Positions 37,039 through 52,000 of a DNA stretch of 64,000 nt are shown piece by piece. Origin of the DNA: Okamejei kenojei. Lineage: Eukaryota. The stretch lies in the NCBI GenBank assembly GCA_035221665.1, contig CM069147.1:20522001-20586000 (forward strand). The letters are read 5' to 3'. The number at the start of each line of letters is the position of its first letter. Position 1 is the first letter of the stretch. The position numbers and the translations under genes were made by a program. The notes below the pieces were generated by a model that saw only the letters and a list, made by a program, of their open reading frames with translations, searched no databases and had not been told where the DNA came from.

Positions 37039-40000
37039 GTGAGAAGATGTGTATCGGGCCCGGTCTACAGCACTGGAGACCGGGCGGGGTCGTGTGTAGG
37101 AAGGAACTGCGGATGCTGGTTAACACCGTAGACAGACACAAAATGCTGGAGTAACTCAGCAGGACAGGCATTATCTCTGGAGAGAAGGAATGGGTCGAGA
37201 CCCTTATTCAGACTGAGTCAGGGGAGAGGGAAAGCAAAGGGAAACTAGAGATACGGAAGGATCAAAGAGGGGGAGCAGCGAGAGAGGGCGTTGCAGAACT
37301 CTCGTCGGAGAGAGGAGAACTTCTTAAAAGTCGACATACCTTGAGGAGATTTCGCACTGGAGCAGACTGAAGAAATGTGTAGGAAGGAACTGCAGATAGT
37401 GGTTTACACCGAAGATAGACACAAAATGCTACCCAGCGGGACTGTTGCCGGCCCTGCTGAGTTACCCCAGCATTCTGTGTCTAACTTCAGTGGGGATCGT
37501 ACCGGGTAAGGCATGGATGTTGAGATTGGAGACACAATTCAAGTGTCAATGTGACTCACTGTTGCATCAGTCGAATGCCATTAAAATATTTGAGTACTAA
37601 ATGTGGCCTGACATCAGTGCGGTGGAAAATAAACTAATATAAGAAATAGAAGCAACAGTAGACAAGACTTGTGACAGCTTCACTGAATCTTACGAGCATG
37701 GCTGATATATTCTCTGGAGACACAAGAAACAGCAGATGTTGGAATTTTCAGCAAAAGACAACGTAATGGAGGAATTCAATAGAGGGAAATTTCAGATTGA
37801 TTGGAGACAAGTAGGGGGAAGAAAGAGGTGGGGTGTGGAACAACGCTTGGCACATGGCAGGTGGATATATATTCTCTGATCGCCTTAGTGTCTAAAATTA
37901 ATCTCAAATGTTCATATGCTCGAAGACTGGACATCCCTGTTTCTCAGGGGTAGAGAATTCCAAAAGATTTATAACAGACTTAATCATGGAATAGACATAG
38001 AAAGGTACAGTACAGGGAAGACCATTCAGCCCACAATATCTGTGACAAACATAATCTGTCATCACTCAGTCCTTAACCGACAGTTCCTTATTTTGCTTGC
38101 TCCTCTACTAACTGGATTTTCAAACAAGAGGAAAGCTTCTTAGGATCTAATGTGCAAATCTATCATAGAATCTTGAGCAAAACACTGCTGGAGTAACTCA
38201 GTGGAGTTGCGGATAGTGAGGAAGGCTATTAGAAGATACAGCAAGAAATTGACTAGCGGAGAAATGGAAGATGGAATTTAACCTGAGTAAATATGAGGTG
38301 TTGAACTTTGGGAGGTTGAATATCAATATACAGTTAATGGCAAGACTCTTAACAGCTTTGATTTGCAGAGGGATCTTGGAGTCCAAGTTCATAATTAACT
38401 GAAGGTCACAACACAAGTAGATAGGGTGATAAAGAAGGCATATAGCATGCTTGCCCCCATTGCTAGGGGGATTGAATATTAGAGTTCGAAGTCATGAAGC
38501 AGCTCTATATGACTTTGGTTATGCTACATTTGGAATAACGCATACAGTTCTGGTCGCCCCATTACAGTAAAGATGTGGAGCCTTTGGAGAGGGTGCAGAG
38601 GAGGTTTACGAGAATGCTTCCTAGATTAGAGGGTTTCAGCTACAAGGAGTGATTGGAAGTTGAGGGAAAACTTGATAAAAGTATATAAAATTAGGAGAGG
38701 CAGGGATAGGGAAGACAGAACCCTTTTCCAAGGGTGGAAATATCGAACACGAGAGGGCATAACTGTAATGTGGGAGGGAGAAAGTTTAATGGAGATGTGT
38801 GGGGCAAGTTTTTTACACTGAGACTAGTGGGAGCTTGCAATGTGCTGCCAGGGGTGGTGATGGAGGCAATTAACAGTGGTGTTTAAGAAGCTTTTAGATA
38901 GGCACAAGGAAGTGCAGGGAATAGAGGGATATGGATAATGTACAGGCAAATCATCCACTTTGGTAGAAAAGATAGAAAGGTGGAATATTTTGTGGACTGA
39001 GAAATGGAAGTGTTTGGTATTTCGAGGGACTTGGTTGGCTGGATACATGATTGCAAATAGTCCGGTGCAATGTTAGCCTTTATTGCAAAATAATTTGAGG
39101 GAATGCCTTGCTATATTTATGCAGGGTCATTTGGAGGCCACAGCAGTAATGTGTATATTTCTCATGTCTTTGCTTAAGTAAGGTTATACTTGTGACAAAA
39201 GATTTGCAATAAAGGTGCACTAAATTGAAACCAGCAGGTTTGTCAGATGAGGAGTGAGTATATGGTCTGCAATTATACTCTCTTTGTTTTGGAGATATGA
39301 GGTGTGATGTCATTGAAATATGTGAAATTCTTAATTTTTGATGGCAGTGTAGGCTGTATACATGAGGTGGATGTATACAGACTTAAGCGTGAGTATATTA
39401 TGGGGAAAAGTGTAACTAGAGAGAGAATGGGGCTACTCAGAAACCAAAGTGGTCATCAATGTGTGGAAGTGCATGAGATGGGGAAAATGTTCTCCATGAA
39501 TATTTCTCTTCTGTTTTTATGCTTTCTCTTTATGGCAGAGAAAGACATAAAGACTGGGGAGCTTGGGGGAAGTTGATGGAAATATCTTGAGGATAGTCTA
39601 AGAATGTCAGAGTTGAGCAAGTACTGAAAGTCCATAGATGTACAAAGATCGATGAATCTACCGTCTCATCTAATAAATCCAGAACACTGGGAAGCTGAAG
39701 TCTTGTCATTGTTAGACACAGGTGAGGCGCCAGACGACTGGAGGGTGACTAATGTTATGAATGAATACGTTTATTGGCCAAGTACTCACATACAAGGAAT
39801 TTGCCTTGGTGCTCCGCCCGCAAGTGACAATGAAACCTGCAATGTAAGTTGAAGCAATATTGCAGTAATAAATAGTTTAGGCAGTCTACAAATATTTTCC
39901 CTTTTTTTCTATTCAGAGATTATAATCATCAGAATTCCTCTCTATTTTTGTAAATAAACTGTAAGAGAAACATGCTTGTGTCTACTTTATTGCAGCATAA

Positions 40001-43000
40001 ATGCTTCTTGACAAGTTTACCTGTGCCTTTCTGCCTTCCTTTACAGAACTGGGTCTGCAGGTCAGCACTCAGCCATTCACACACTGTGTAATACCAGACT
40101 TTATACAGAGTCAATCATTCTTGACAGGACTTCAAAATGACCTTCTGCAACTAAACTTTCATGAAAAATCCAATGATCTTTATAAATTTAAGCAGGTGAG
40201 AAGCAGTTTTGCAGATAACAAATGAAAGTGTGGGTTGGAGGAAGAACAAAATGAAATTCGTAACACCAAAAGGACAGGGCCTTTTGCTACAGTATATGCA
40301 TGCTAATGAAACTATGCTGTAGTGATACTAGTTTCCTTGCTTTGAATGAGCCCAGCATGCATATCATGAACAGCTGGATAGAATGAAAGAAAAAAAGGAG
40401 TTAAGTAATTTTCATTTACAAAATTAATTTTGCATCATTTTAGTTATTTTCAAAACCCTGCAGCCAAATTACCACGTTAATACTTTAGCCTTTGTTGTAA
40501 TTTCAGAAAATCTTTATGCAGAATTCTTGGAGTGGCAAAGCTGAGGTGATGATAGTATAATAGAAACTCTGAAATGTGGGGTGGGGTGCACAATGTAAAG
40601 TTTGCAGTGACTTGACAAAGTGGTATTTGACAATCACGGTAAATTCCAGTTACAATGTTTGCTGACATTTTAGTTTCTTAATAGAGACAAGATGTTACAG
40701 ACATTTTTAAAATATAATTTGAAAGATTGTATTAAATTATTGAAGGTAAATTGGAAAGCGTAAACCACAGCTGATCCCATACAATGGTGCCTAAAGTGGC
40801 GTTGATAGAAGTGATGAGATGAAATTTGGAATGCAAATATGTAAAGATGGTGCAGTGGTAGGGTCGCTGCCTCACAGCACCAGAGACCAAGGGTTGATCC
40901 TGGATATAGTTGCTCTCTGTATGGAGTTTGTACGTTCTCCCTGTGACCGCGTGGGTTTTCTCTGGGTGCTCTGGTTTTCTCCCACATTCCAAAGACGTGC
41001 GGGTTTGTAGGTTAATTGAAACCTGTAAATTGTCCTTCGTGTGTAAGTTAGAACTAATGTACGGGTGATCATTGGCTGATGCAGATTTGGTGGGCTGAAT
41101 GGCCTGTTTCCATGCTGTATCTCTAAACTAAATTAAGCCATTCTGATTGAGCTATTCTGACGGAATGATGTTCCAGGTGAATATTCAGAGCTAAGGTATT
41201 AATAGCGGAACATAAATGACGCTATTAAATGAACAGGTCTAGATGTAAATATATAGTTGGGAATGATGGATTTTGCTGGATGTTAATGTTGTCTTTTGTT
41301 TCCTGATAGTCAGATGACCTCAGGAGGAGGAAGGGGTACCATATCTCAGCACTAAGGCGAGTTACTATGAAACCGCAGCTTATCCTGTTGTGGACACAAC
41401 GTGATACTTTAAAAAAAAAAGCATTGCTCTTTTACAACAATTGGAGATAGTACAAACATTCATTGCTTTATTTGATTTTTGAGATTTGCCATAATGCACT
41501 TTACAATAGATATTCAACAGACCCTGGTGAGTTGAAAGGCAATGTGGGAACCAGGGCCCAAGGTATTTAAACGAAGTGTGGGAAATTTGGCCCTCTGAGA
41601 TTCATGTGAAAAGAGAAAACTGATCCCAGGTGAGTTTAAAAAGAGCACTAGAAACAGTTCCCTATGAGTTTGGAGGGACCTTGGGAAACAGATGTTGATA
41701 TTTGAGGAATTGGAACAGCAGTGTGTTTGAAGGGAAATGGACCCTGTGATACAAATACCTAACCATTGAGACCTCCGAAAAGCAGAGATAATTATTGGAA
41801 TTATAGAAAATGTCATATCATTATACAGCAGAGAAACAAACCCTTCAGCCCAACCTGACCAGGATGCCCCATCAACACTAGTCCCATCTTCCCACATTTG
41901 GCTCGTATCCCTCTGAGCCTTTCCTATCCATTTATCTGTGCAAATGTATTTTAAATGTGGTTTAAGTACTTGCCTCAACTACCTCTTCTGGCAGTTTGTT
42001 CGATGCACCCACCACCTTCTGTGTGGAAAAAAGTTGCCTCTCGGATTCCTATTGAATCTTTCTTCTCACCTTAAACCTACGTCCTCTTGTCTTGGTTCCC
42101 TTACTATAGGTAAATGACTCTGTGCATTCACCCTATCAATTCCCCTCATTATCTTGTACGCCTCTATAAGATCCAGGCACATGCCGTGAATAATTACTCA
42201 GGGTAGGCAGTCAGTCGGCTTTTAAAAAATCTCTCCGTAAGCTGTCAGTCGACTTTTATAAAGTCTTCAAAAGCCATATCTCTTAATAAAGTACCATAAT
42301 TCCCGACAAGAAGAAGCACCTGTGTCGAAGACGCACCCCCGTTTTGAGTTGCTAAACTTTGAAAGAAGGCTGGCGGGACATAGCATTTCTCACGCTCAAA
42401 AAAAGACAAAATAAAAATAAAGAAAGTAACAATTCTTGAGCTGGTCCACTCACTGTCCGGTCTACATTGAAGGACACATGCAGTGTCACCCAGTGCAGCA
42501 AGTGAGGTCATATCCTGCTCCCAGTGGCCGTTGGAATTTAAGGATTTGCGGGAAGCGGCTGATATGAGCGAGGCTGGCGAGAAGCAGGTGAGAGATGTTC
42601 AGACGGAGATCAATCACTTAGGTAGGCATAATTCTCCCGTTCCTTTACTATTTATATTTAATAATGACTATTTTATGAATTTAGTCAGGGTGAGCAGTGC
42701 CCACCTTGCCTACATTGACGGCACGTGCCTGATAAGATCACCCCTCATCGTCCTGTGAGGAATGAAGTCCTAGTCTGCTTAACCTCTCCCTATCTGCCAG
42801 AGCTAACTACTATATCTCTGCAAAGTAATACTTTAATTGCTCCAAAATTGCCTGAGTTCTGATGAAAATTGATCAATTTGTTTCTTGCACACGATCTGTG
42901 TATTTCCAGTATTCTCTTATTATTGTGCATTGAGAAATAATTTATCAGAGTTTAGGAGCTGCTAATTGTTCTCTTGTAATTTTATTTCACCTAGTCTATT

Positions 43001-46000
43001 ATAATTTGGTTGAATTCATGATCAAACCTGGGTTTAGCTGAGATTGCAAGACCAATTTCTCTCCGGGGATGAATAAAGTTTTATTGTACCGTATCGATTA
43101 AGTTGTTCAGATGATTTTCCTCTATCTCTCTCCAGGAAAATACTTTATGAAGATTTTCGTTTATGGCTCTCAGATATTGCAGGTGTAAAACTGGAAAGCA
43201 CAGTTGATATATCCTGCGCTAAGTATGAATACACAGGTATATGGTGTTAATATGGCAAATATGTGAGATATTGATTACATGTCATTGTACTGTGGGTTCC
43301 GCCTATGCTGTATTATGTGGTACATCTGGTGTTTCAGTTGCAATGTTGCATGGCATGCACATTTAATTATCTTTGTGAGATGTATAGAATGAAAATTTTT
43401 GCTTTCAGTTGCTGATATCCAAGGATTATTTTACTATGGGAATTCTATAAATGCTATTTTTACCTTCATAATTGGTGAATCAAAACAGTGATATCACTAG
43501 ATATAATGTATAATCATCATGTGTTGTGCTACACAGTGTAAATATTACATGACTCTTTTAAGGGTGGTCTTCAGGTTTTCACTGTAGTTGTATTAGAAAA
43601 TCCTAAAAGTCTCCTATGTTGAAAATGTTGATTTGGAGCATGTATTTAATATAATGGGTGTGCTTTGAAAAACACACAGCTTATGTCTAAGGTAGATAAA
43701 CAGCTTATGTCTAATATTATTTTTATGTACAACTGGCTATCTTGAGTATTGATAAGGTGAAGGATTATTGCTACATCATTTAGAAATGTTACGATTTGTG
43801 TACATTGCCTTAACTTAAAGTGCTTGAATTGTTACATAGGTAAAATTGACTTTTATGTATAATCGTGAGGTATATAACCAATTAACTTTTCATCCTTGTT
43901 GAGTGATAATTGCTGACTGGTTCACCAGAGTTTTACTCCATTGTCCACTGTAAGCTTCCTATAAGGTGATTGCCATACATAGAAGACACCTTCTGCAGAC
44001 TCGGATCATCCATGAAGAGGAATGTTAGCGGTAGACAAATGCTCATTATAAAGCAATTTTGATTGCAAAAATGCATGACAATGCAGGCAAGAATTGATTT
44101 GCAGTGTGAGCAGTGCATTGAGAAAACTGCATATATAGCATTGCACAACCAACTCTGAATAGAGATTTTGTGTGATTGTTTCTCTTAAATAATATTACTT
44201 GTGAGCCTTCAGATCAAGCAGAAACTGCTTCTTCTGCAGTAACTGGTAGCTGTCATTATTCCAACCAGTGTGGTTCAAAGTCCAGCTGACAGGATTTTCA
44301 TACTGGAAGAACAACACCAAAACGTATTCCACAAAATTCAGTGTTCCAATGTTGACATTAATAAACGCGGTAATGTAAAACATTTTTAAGGCAGCCCCTT
44401 ACGGCATTGCAGAGACAAATTTCTGATCCCTTTTTGTAAAGGCATCCTCAGAAGATATAACAGGAAAGCATTCCTTTTCCATTTTTCTGGAAAGCTATTT
44501 TCACGTGTGTTGCCTGATGTCCAAAGTTTGCACGTATTATTGTTTTCATATGAGTCTAGACTTGGTGCCTTAACACTGTATTTAATCACAAACCAATTGC
44601 AACTCTTTGTTATCAATTGATTTTATAGCAGGCACCCTTGAACTGAAAAATAAGAAACGTTGATAGACTTTCTGTTGCCAGGAGAAAACATGATGCGATC
44701 CAAGAATGGATTGAGGAAGGAGCCTGGCTTGAGTAACTTGGTATACAGAATGGTGGATGTAATCAAACCATTAATAAAAGTTATATGATTTGAAAAACAC
44801 ATTTAAAATATTCTGTAAATGTAACAGTTACATTTGTTGAACTGAAAATGAAATGCTCAGTACCCTTTCATAATTTCTGAGAAAGTCTAATTAAACACTT
44901 TTAGGTAGCAACTATATTGATGTTTTGAACCCTATGCTGTTGCAGATGTGTTGCTCTGTCATGATGATGAATTAGAAGGGCGGAGAATTGCCTTCATCTT
45001 GTATCTTGTGCCTGAGTGGCAAGGAAGTGATGGTGGTACCTTGGATCTTTATGATGCAGATGGTGAGTAGGATTTGCAACATATCACTGACTTATATCGC
45101 TTTAGCCATGATGTACTGGTGACTCCCAAAGGTGTCTAACATATATTCATCATTATGGTGCACGTAGTTTCTGCTGATGTTTTCATTCTCAGTAATTAAT
45201 GTTTTGAATACCCTGACAACATCCAATGCATAAAACCAACTGCTGAAGAATCTCGGCGAGTCAGGCAGCATTTGTGGAGGGAAATGGACAAACTATATTT
45301 CCGTTTGGGATCCTATTTTAAACTGTTTCTCGCTGAGTTCCTCCAGCAGTTTCATTTTTTTGCTCATGAGCTGCTGAGTTCCTCCAGCATGGTATAATTG
45401 GAGGGAATCTTGTGAGTCACCTGTGCCCTGAAGCTGGCTTTCACGTGGGTCCAGTTGTCATATTAATTACAGCTCGGATAGGAACAGACACAAAGAATAG
45501 TTCATAAAACAAGTCGGTTTATTCAAGGCCTTAACAGGACGAGCTGGGAAACACACTGAGCGAACCCAAAGTGTCTCAAAGATACACAGCATCCATTGCA
45601 TTTTATATTCCCACAACATAATGGTTACATGTTCATTTTATATATTTTAAATAATTCATCATTGATCAATGTCTCTGTAGTCTTATCTTGTTTTTATTCC
45701 CAGTTATCTTTAACCTTCTGACCCCTTTTAGAAAATCACTCTTCCCATTTGCAATAAAAACACTATTTCCTGATCAATTTTCTTTCCCTCAACTTAGTTT
45801 ATAGCGCCCAATGTTTCTGATAACAGGCTAGCTATGCTGTGGAATCTAAACACCTTAGAAACATAGAAACATAGAAATTAGGTGCAGGAGTAGGCCATTC
45901 AGCCCTTCGAGCCTGCACCGCCATTCAATATGATCATGGCTGATCATCCAACTCAGTATCCCGTACCTGCTTTCTCTCCATACCCTCTGATCCCCTTAGC

Positions 46001-49000
46001 CACAAGGGCCACATCCAACTCACTCTTAAATATAGCCAATGAACTGGCCTCAACTACCCTCTGTGGCAGAGAGTTCCAGAGACTCACCACTCTCTGTGTG
46101 AAGAAAGTCTTTCTCATCTCGGTCTTAAAGGATTTCCCCCTTATCCTTAAGCTGTGACCCCTTGTCCTGGACTTCCCCAACATCGGGAACAATCTTCCTG
46201 CATCTAGCCTGTCCAACCCCTTAAGAATTTTGTAAGTTTCTATAAGATCCCCTCTTAATCTCCTAAATTCCAGAGAGTATAAACCGAGTCTATCCAGTCT
46301 TTCTTCATAAGACAGTCCTGACATCCCAGGAATCAGTCTGGTGAACCTTCTCTGCACTCCCTCTATGGCAATAATGTCCTTCCTCAGATTTGGAGACCAA
46401 AACTGCACGCAATACTCCAGGTGTGGTCTCACCAAGACCCTGTACAACTGAAGTAGAACCTCCCTGCTCCTGTACATCTTATTACATCTATTTATTGCTT
46501 CTAACATATTTAAGTTCCCTTCACTCTGTTGGCCTCTTTTCCCATCATGCTTCCCCAGCATGTTAGCTCCTGAGTTACAAGTTGCTCATTTTTCTTGTAA
46601 TTTTCAGATTATCCTATATTTATAAGTGTCATTGTGAAAAATGTAGATAGAATTTTTTTATTTTTTTATTTTGTTTAAATTAGAAGTACATAATAAAAAA
46701 ACATTTTGTTTGTGGTAGTCATACATTATTAATATTGTCAATATTATCAATTATTTAATAGTCCTACTTCTATATAAAAAATATATATATATAGATAGAA
46801 CATAAGAGAGAGAGAGAAAAAAAAAAACAAAAAAAACAGAAGGTATAATAAAAGAGAATGGAATAATTAACTAATAATACATCATTGGAGATATGTCCGT
46901 AAATTATAAAATGTAACTCTTCATCTAATCCTTAATTTGGGTTTCAGTCAGGTTCTCGTGCCGAACCAGTTTGCCCCTTCAAATAGTCAAAACATGGAGA
47001 CCATGTTCTGATAAAAAGTTCTTGTTTGTCCATTAAGACAAATCTTATTCTTTCCAAATGTAGGGTCTCCGACATTTCCATAATCCACATTTTGATTGTG
47101 GGTGTTAAGGGACCTTCCCAAAATTTTAATATATACATTTTTTCCAAATTATTATACTGTAGTCGATAAAGTTTTTTTGGCTTGTTGTAAATATTTGATT
47201 TTGTTCTAATATTGCTAATATTATTAGTTTTGAGTCGGGGTCCAATTGGGTGTTGACAACTTCCGAAATTATCTTAAAAATTTCCGTCCAAAAATTATTA
47301 ATTTTTATACAATTTACAAATGTATGCGTTAGGTTAGCCTCTGAGTGCTGACATTTTTCACAGATAGGAGATATACTTGGGGAAAATTCTATTTAATTTC
47401 GTTTTTGAATAATGTAATCTATGTAATACTTTAAATTGTATTAAGGAATATCTAGCATTTAACGAACAGTGATGTATATGTTGTAAGCTTTCATCCCAAA
47501 TATCTTGCATTAAAATGTAGATAGAATTTGAGGATCTTATTTATTATGGGTTTTCAGCAGGGTAAATAGGCCTTGCAGATTTGGGCAAATTCCTTATTGT
47601 AGAATTCAGAATCAAAACGATTGCCATAACAAACAAATTTAAAATGAGGGAAAAACATTTATTTATAGAGTCCTAGAGTGTGGAAACAGGCCCTTTGGCC
47701 TAATTTGCCCACATCAGCCAACATGTCCCAGCTACACTAGTCGTGTAGCTACACTTGTTGTATGCAGTAAACTAGCTACCCTAGTTATATGCAGTAAAAT
47801 TGGGACGCAACATTTTATTATTGATCAAGGGTCTTTTTACAAGTAATACAAAAGTCTTGATTTAGATGTTGGACTGGATGGACCCATGGTCCATGATAAC
47901 ATCAGCAGATTGAGTGCCAACCAGAGAACTCTCATTAGTGTGGGTCCGACAACTCTCCAGCATTTTGACACCAGTCCGAATAAGGTGGTTCACCAATCTA
48001 CCATCATAAACATCCATTCCCTCCACCTCCAGCACACTCTCTACAATAGTCATAAGGGAACACACTTGCCTGCAGATTCAGCATCAATTTGTACACCATT
48101 ATTTTTGGAAATAAATTGTCATACCTCATTAACTAGTTCTAACACACTGAGTGACCTCCCCTACCCCACTATGGAGCACCTTCACCAATCGACTAGACTT
48201 CTGCTGTCACTTCTAGTCTTCAGTGGAAGGTCACGGCAGAAGATGAGGGTATGCAATCTTGTTTGTGAGTGTGGAAGTGGTATAGGGCAATTATATTTGA
48301 TAAGTTGCAAGAATATTAAATATATTATACTTGCTTGTTTAGAAATTGCAGACTTGCACTGATGCTTTTCAATCTAATTGTCTTCTATAGACCATTACCA
48401 GCCTCGAGAGATTGTCAAGTCATTAACTCCAACATGGAACTCATTAGTTTTCTTTGAAGTTTCTCCTGTCTCTCATCATCAGGTACAGATGTGGAAAAAG
48501 TTCATAATAAGCTAACTGTGGACAAACAGACAAAGATGTTTCAGATGAAGACTTCAGACATTTGGAACCTTTGTTCTTGTTTGACAAACTTGATTTGAAG
48601 ATGTTGTGATAGGTATACTGTCATAGGTGTGTTTTTTCATTATGCCCGTGATATTATTGGAATAGGAATGCCCTTTGTAAAAATACACATGAAAAGAAGC
48701 ATAATAGAGAATGCTAGTTAGATTTGGATACACCCGAGTCAGGCAGCAACATTCTTGCAGACAGAGTTATCCTCTAACTAGAGATAATTCTGTTAAACTG
48801 ACAACATAAACATTGGACTTAAGAAGGACGCAAGAGAAGGTGTGCCATCTGGTACGTTGATCAGCGCTAACACAAACTGTAAAAACTGGTGCTGCCAATA
48901 GCTAACTATCCTGCTGTTATGTTTGGCTCCTTCTGGCACTGCTGTCCAATTGATGTGGGACATTGAAGATTTCCATTAGAGTTTGAGCTTATTTTGCACT

Positions 49001-52000
49001 CTTTCCGGTCCCACAACCATTAAAAACGTTTGGAGTATTGCCTCACTCCTTCACTTGGTCAAGTACTCATCTCCAGGTCTCCTGGAATCCTGTCAGCCTG
49101 TGAATTTTGCCTGGTGTTTTTGTAATCCAAGCAATTATTGCAGATGTTGAGCAATGTATTAAAACTGCTGATAGGCTTTGTAATGGTGAAGGGACAATTG
49201 TATTCCCATATGACTTTCAAGATTTGGCTCATGATCAAAATGTGATTTGATAAAGTTACAAATGGCTTATTTCGGTACAACGTGTAACACAGGCGCACCA
49301 CCAATTTTCTAGCATCCTTGGTTGCAGAGCGTTGCTGGATTATCCGTTTTGCTAGAACAACCAAGGTCATCACCTCCGAGAAGAGTCGAATGGTATTGGA
49401 ATGGTCCGCCTAGGCCATCGGCGAGCCAAGACACTGGCCCACAAAGTCGGCCTTGGAAGTCAGCTATGGGAATGATCTGCTGGTTCCGGCCAGGCTGGAA
49501 TTCGATAGCCCCAGCCATTGGGGGCAAATTCGACTATCAGATTGATCACGGAAGTCAGCTATGGGAACCGATCTGCCAGGTCTGAGTTCCATTGGCCCCA
49601 CCACAGAGGGCAAATTTGACTTGCCAATTGGCCGCAGAAGTCACAATAAGATCCAGATAGGCCATGTCTTCTGGCCTACCTGCCACATTTTCGGGAAGAT
49701 TCCCGTGAGGCCTTGTAATTTTGTCTGGATTAAACCAGACCAGACCACCAGTTGCCAGAAAGTTGATTGTAGACCTGTATGAATCACTGTGTTTTAAAAT
49801 TTACTGATTAATGCTTTACCTGCTCAGGTGTCCGAAGTGGTGGTAGAGGGCAAATGCCGTCTTTCTATCAGTGGCTGGTTCTACGGGCCAATGTTGGAGA
49901 GGCCACCTCGTTACATTGAATGCCTTTCTCAAGTGCCACATATTGCGTGTGATGTAAGTTGAGATTTTTCTCACAATCTGCCTTGAATAAACATCTTCTT
50001 GTCAAATACACACAAAGTAGGTTAAAAACACGATTGAGATCCAAAGAAAAGGTTGTCAAACTCTGTCCAACAACCCATTTCAACTGCAATGAAGTGCCAA
50101 TTATATTTTCCAATCAGTTGTAGTCTTTCTAATCGGTGCCAGTTTGTGTCAGACCAATATCATGCTGATGCAGTAGTTAACACCTTATGATAGTTTTATT
50201 TATTGGTTCCTGCATCGTAGTCATTCTGTGCACCAATAATGGAATTTGTAGAATCCACGAATGGCTCGACGGCAATGTTGATACTCACAGTAGTGAATGC
50301 AAGTCATCTTCGAGTCTGAAAGGCAGCTAAAGAGGAAGCATATCCAAAGTCCATTAGAAACGTTATCTTAATAATTATAATCTTCTTTGGAATGTGCCTT
50401 TGATTGCACTACAGACTTTGTTTTTTGAACTATTATTATGGTTACCTAGTATTACTGCTATTTATTTATTATATTTTGATTATTATATATGAAGTGTGTT
50501 TACAGGACTGGTAAGATGTAGCAAGTAAGAATTGATTTTGTTCTGCCTCTGGACCTATGACAATTAAACACTTGACTCTTCTCAAGAGTGGAAATAAATA
50601 GGTATTTTTCACATAGGGGACCTGACAAGCAGGGTGATACAGGGTTAAATGCTGGCTTGATGTCAAAGATATGTTTGAGAAAATCAAATGCAAGTCTGCA
50701 ATTCCCCTGCTCATAGCTAGGTGGCAATGAGGGCTGAGATGGTAATGTCACATATGGTTGCTCTAGAGATGCAAACAGGTTAAATAAAGTTGGCAGGTAG
50801 CAAAAAATATCAAGACAGATTTTTTTACATCATGAGAGGTTCAGAAGAGTCATTGTGCACCACCGCAAGTCAGCATGCAGGCAAAGCAAGGAATTAGGAA
50901 AGCAGGTAATATTTGCCCTCGTCCAAGAGGATTTGATTTCAAGAGTAAAAATATCTTCCTGCAATTACAAAGGATCCTTGTGAAACTGTGACTGGAATAC
51001 TGTGTACAGATGAGGTTTTCTGACTTAAGGAAGGTTCTATTTGTGAAAGAGAAAGTACATTGAAAGTTTGCCATATTGATTCCTGGGCACGAATGTTTGT
51101 TTTATGAATATAGATTAAAGAAATGGGTCAATGATGTTTTGAATGTGTGTGATCCCACTGAATTATACAGCATTCTTACAAGCTTTGATAGGATAAACAA
51201 GGCTATAACAAAATCTCTGGTTGGGGTCTCTAGAGTCAAATCAGAGGTACAATATGAGAGGTTAATCATTCAACACTGGCATAACAAATTTCTTGACCAA
51301 GCATATAAATGATGAACTGAGACACTGCGTCCAAGATAACCTTGGAGGCACAGATGCTTCACATAAACAAGACAAACATGGATTGATGTTAATTAAAAGC
51401 AAGGGTTAGTGCATGAGGTTGCGGCTAAATCAAAAGATCAGAAGTGATATTGATAAGGATGTTATATCTGAAGGGATGCAATGGCCAGTTTATGTTTCTA
51501 TTTCTTCCAACTGAGCAGGAAGTTGCATATTGATCGTGACGAGACATTGATCCTCTGTGACATGCTTTGTCTTAAAATGTTTCAGGAAGAAATACTTTAT
51601 GAATGGATCAATCCAATTTACATGGATATGTCAGCTCAAGCGAACATCCAGGAGCAGTTTGAAGAAAAATCTGAAATTCTTCTAAAGAATTTTTTCAAGG
51701 TACGTGTGTGGCAGAATCTTATTTGGTTGAATTTAGAAAATGCCTCCCATACATGGATAGGAAAATTGATGTGAATCTCTCACCTTGTCCATGAAAAAGT
51801 GTTTGGATAAATTAATGTATTTGTTATAATGTCAATATATGATGTCTCTGCTTTCACTGTTAATTGTTTTGTGATAATTATCACCCACAGATGTCATGAA
51901 TTGGTGGTATCTACATCTGTTGCTTTAAGAGGCTTTTTTAAATTTCATTGAATGAATAATGTCAGGGGAAAAGTGGTTTTACTCCAGGTTCATGTGGAGA

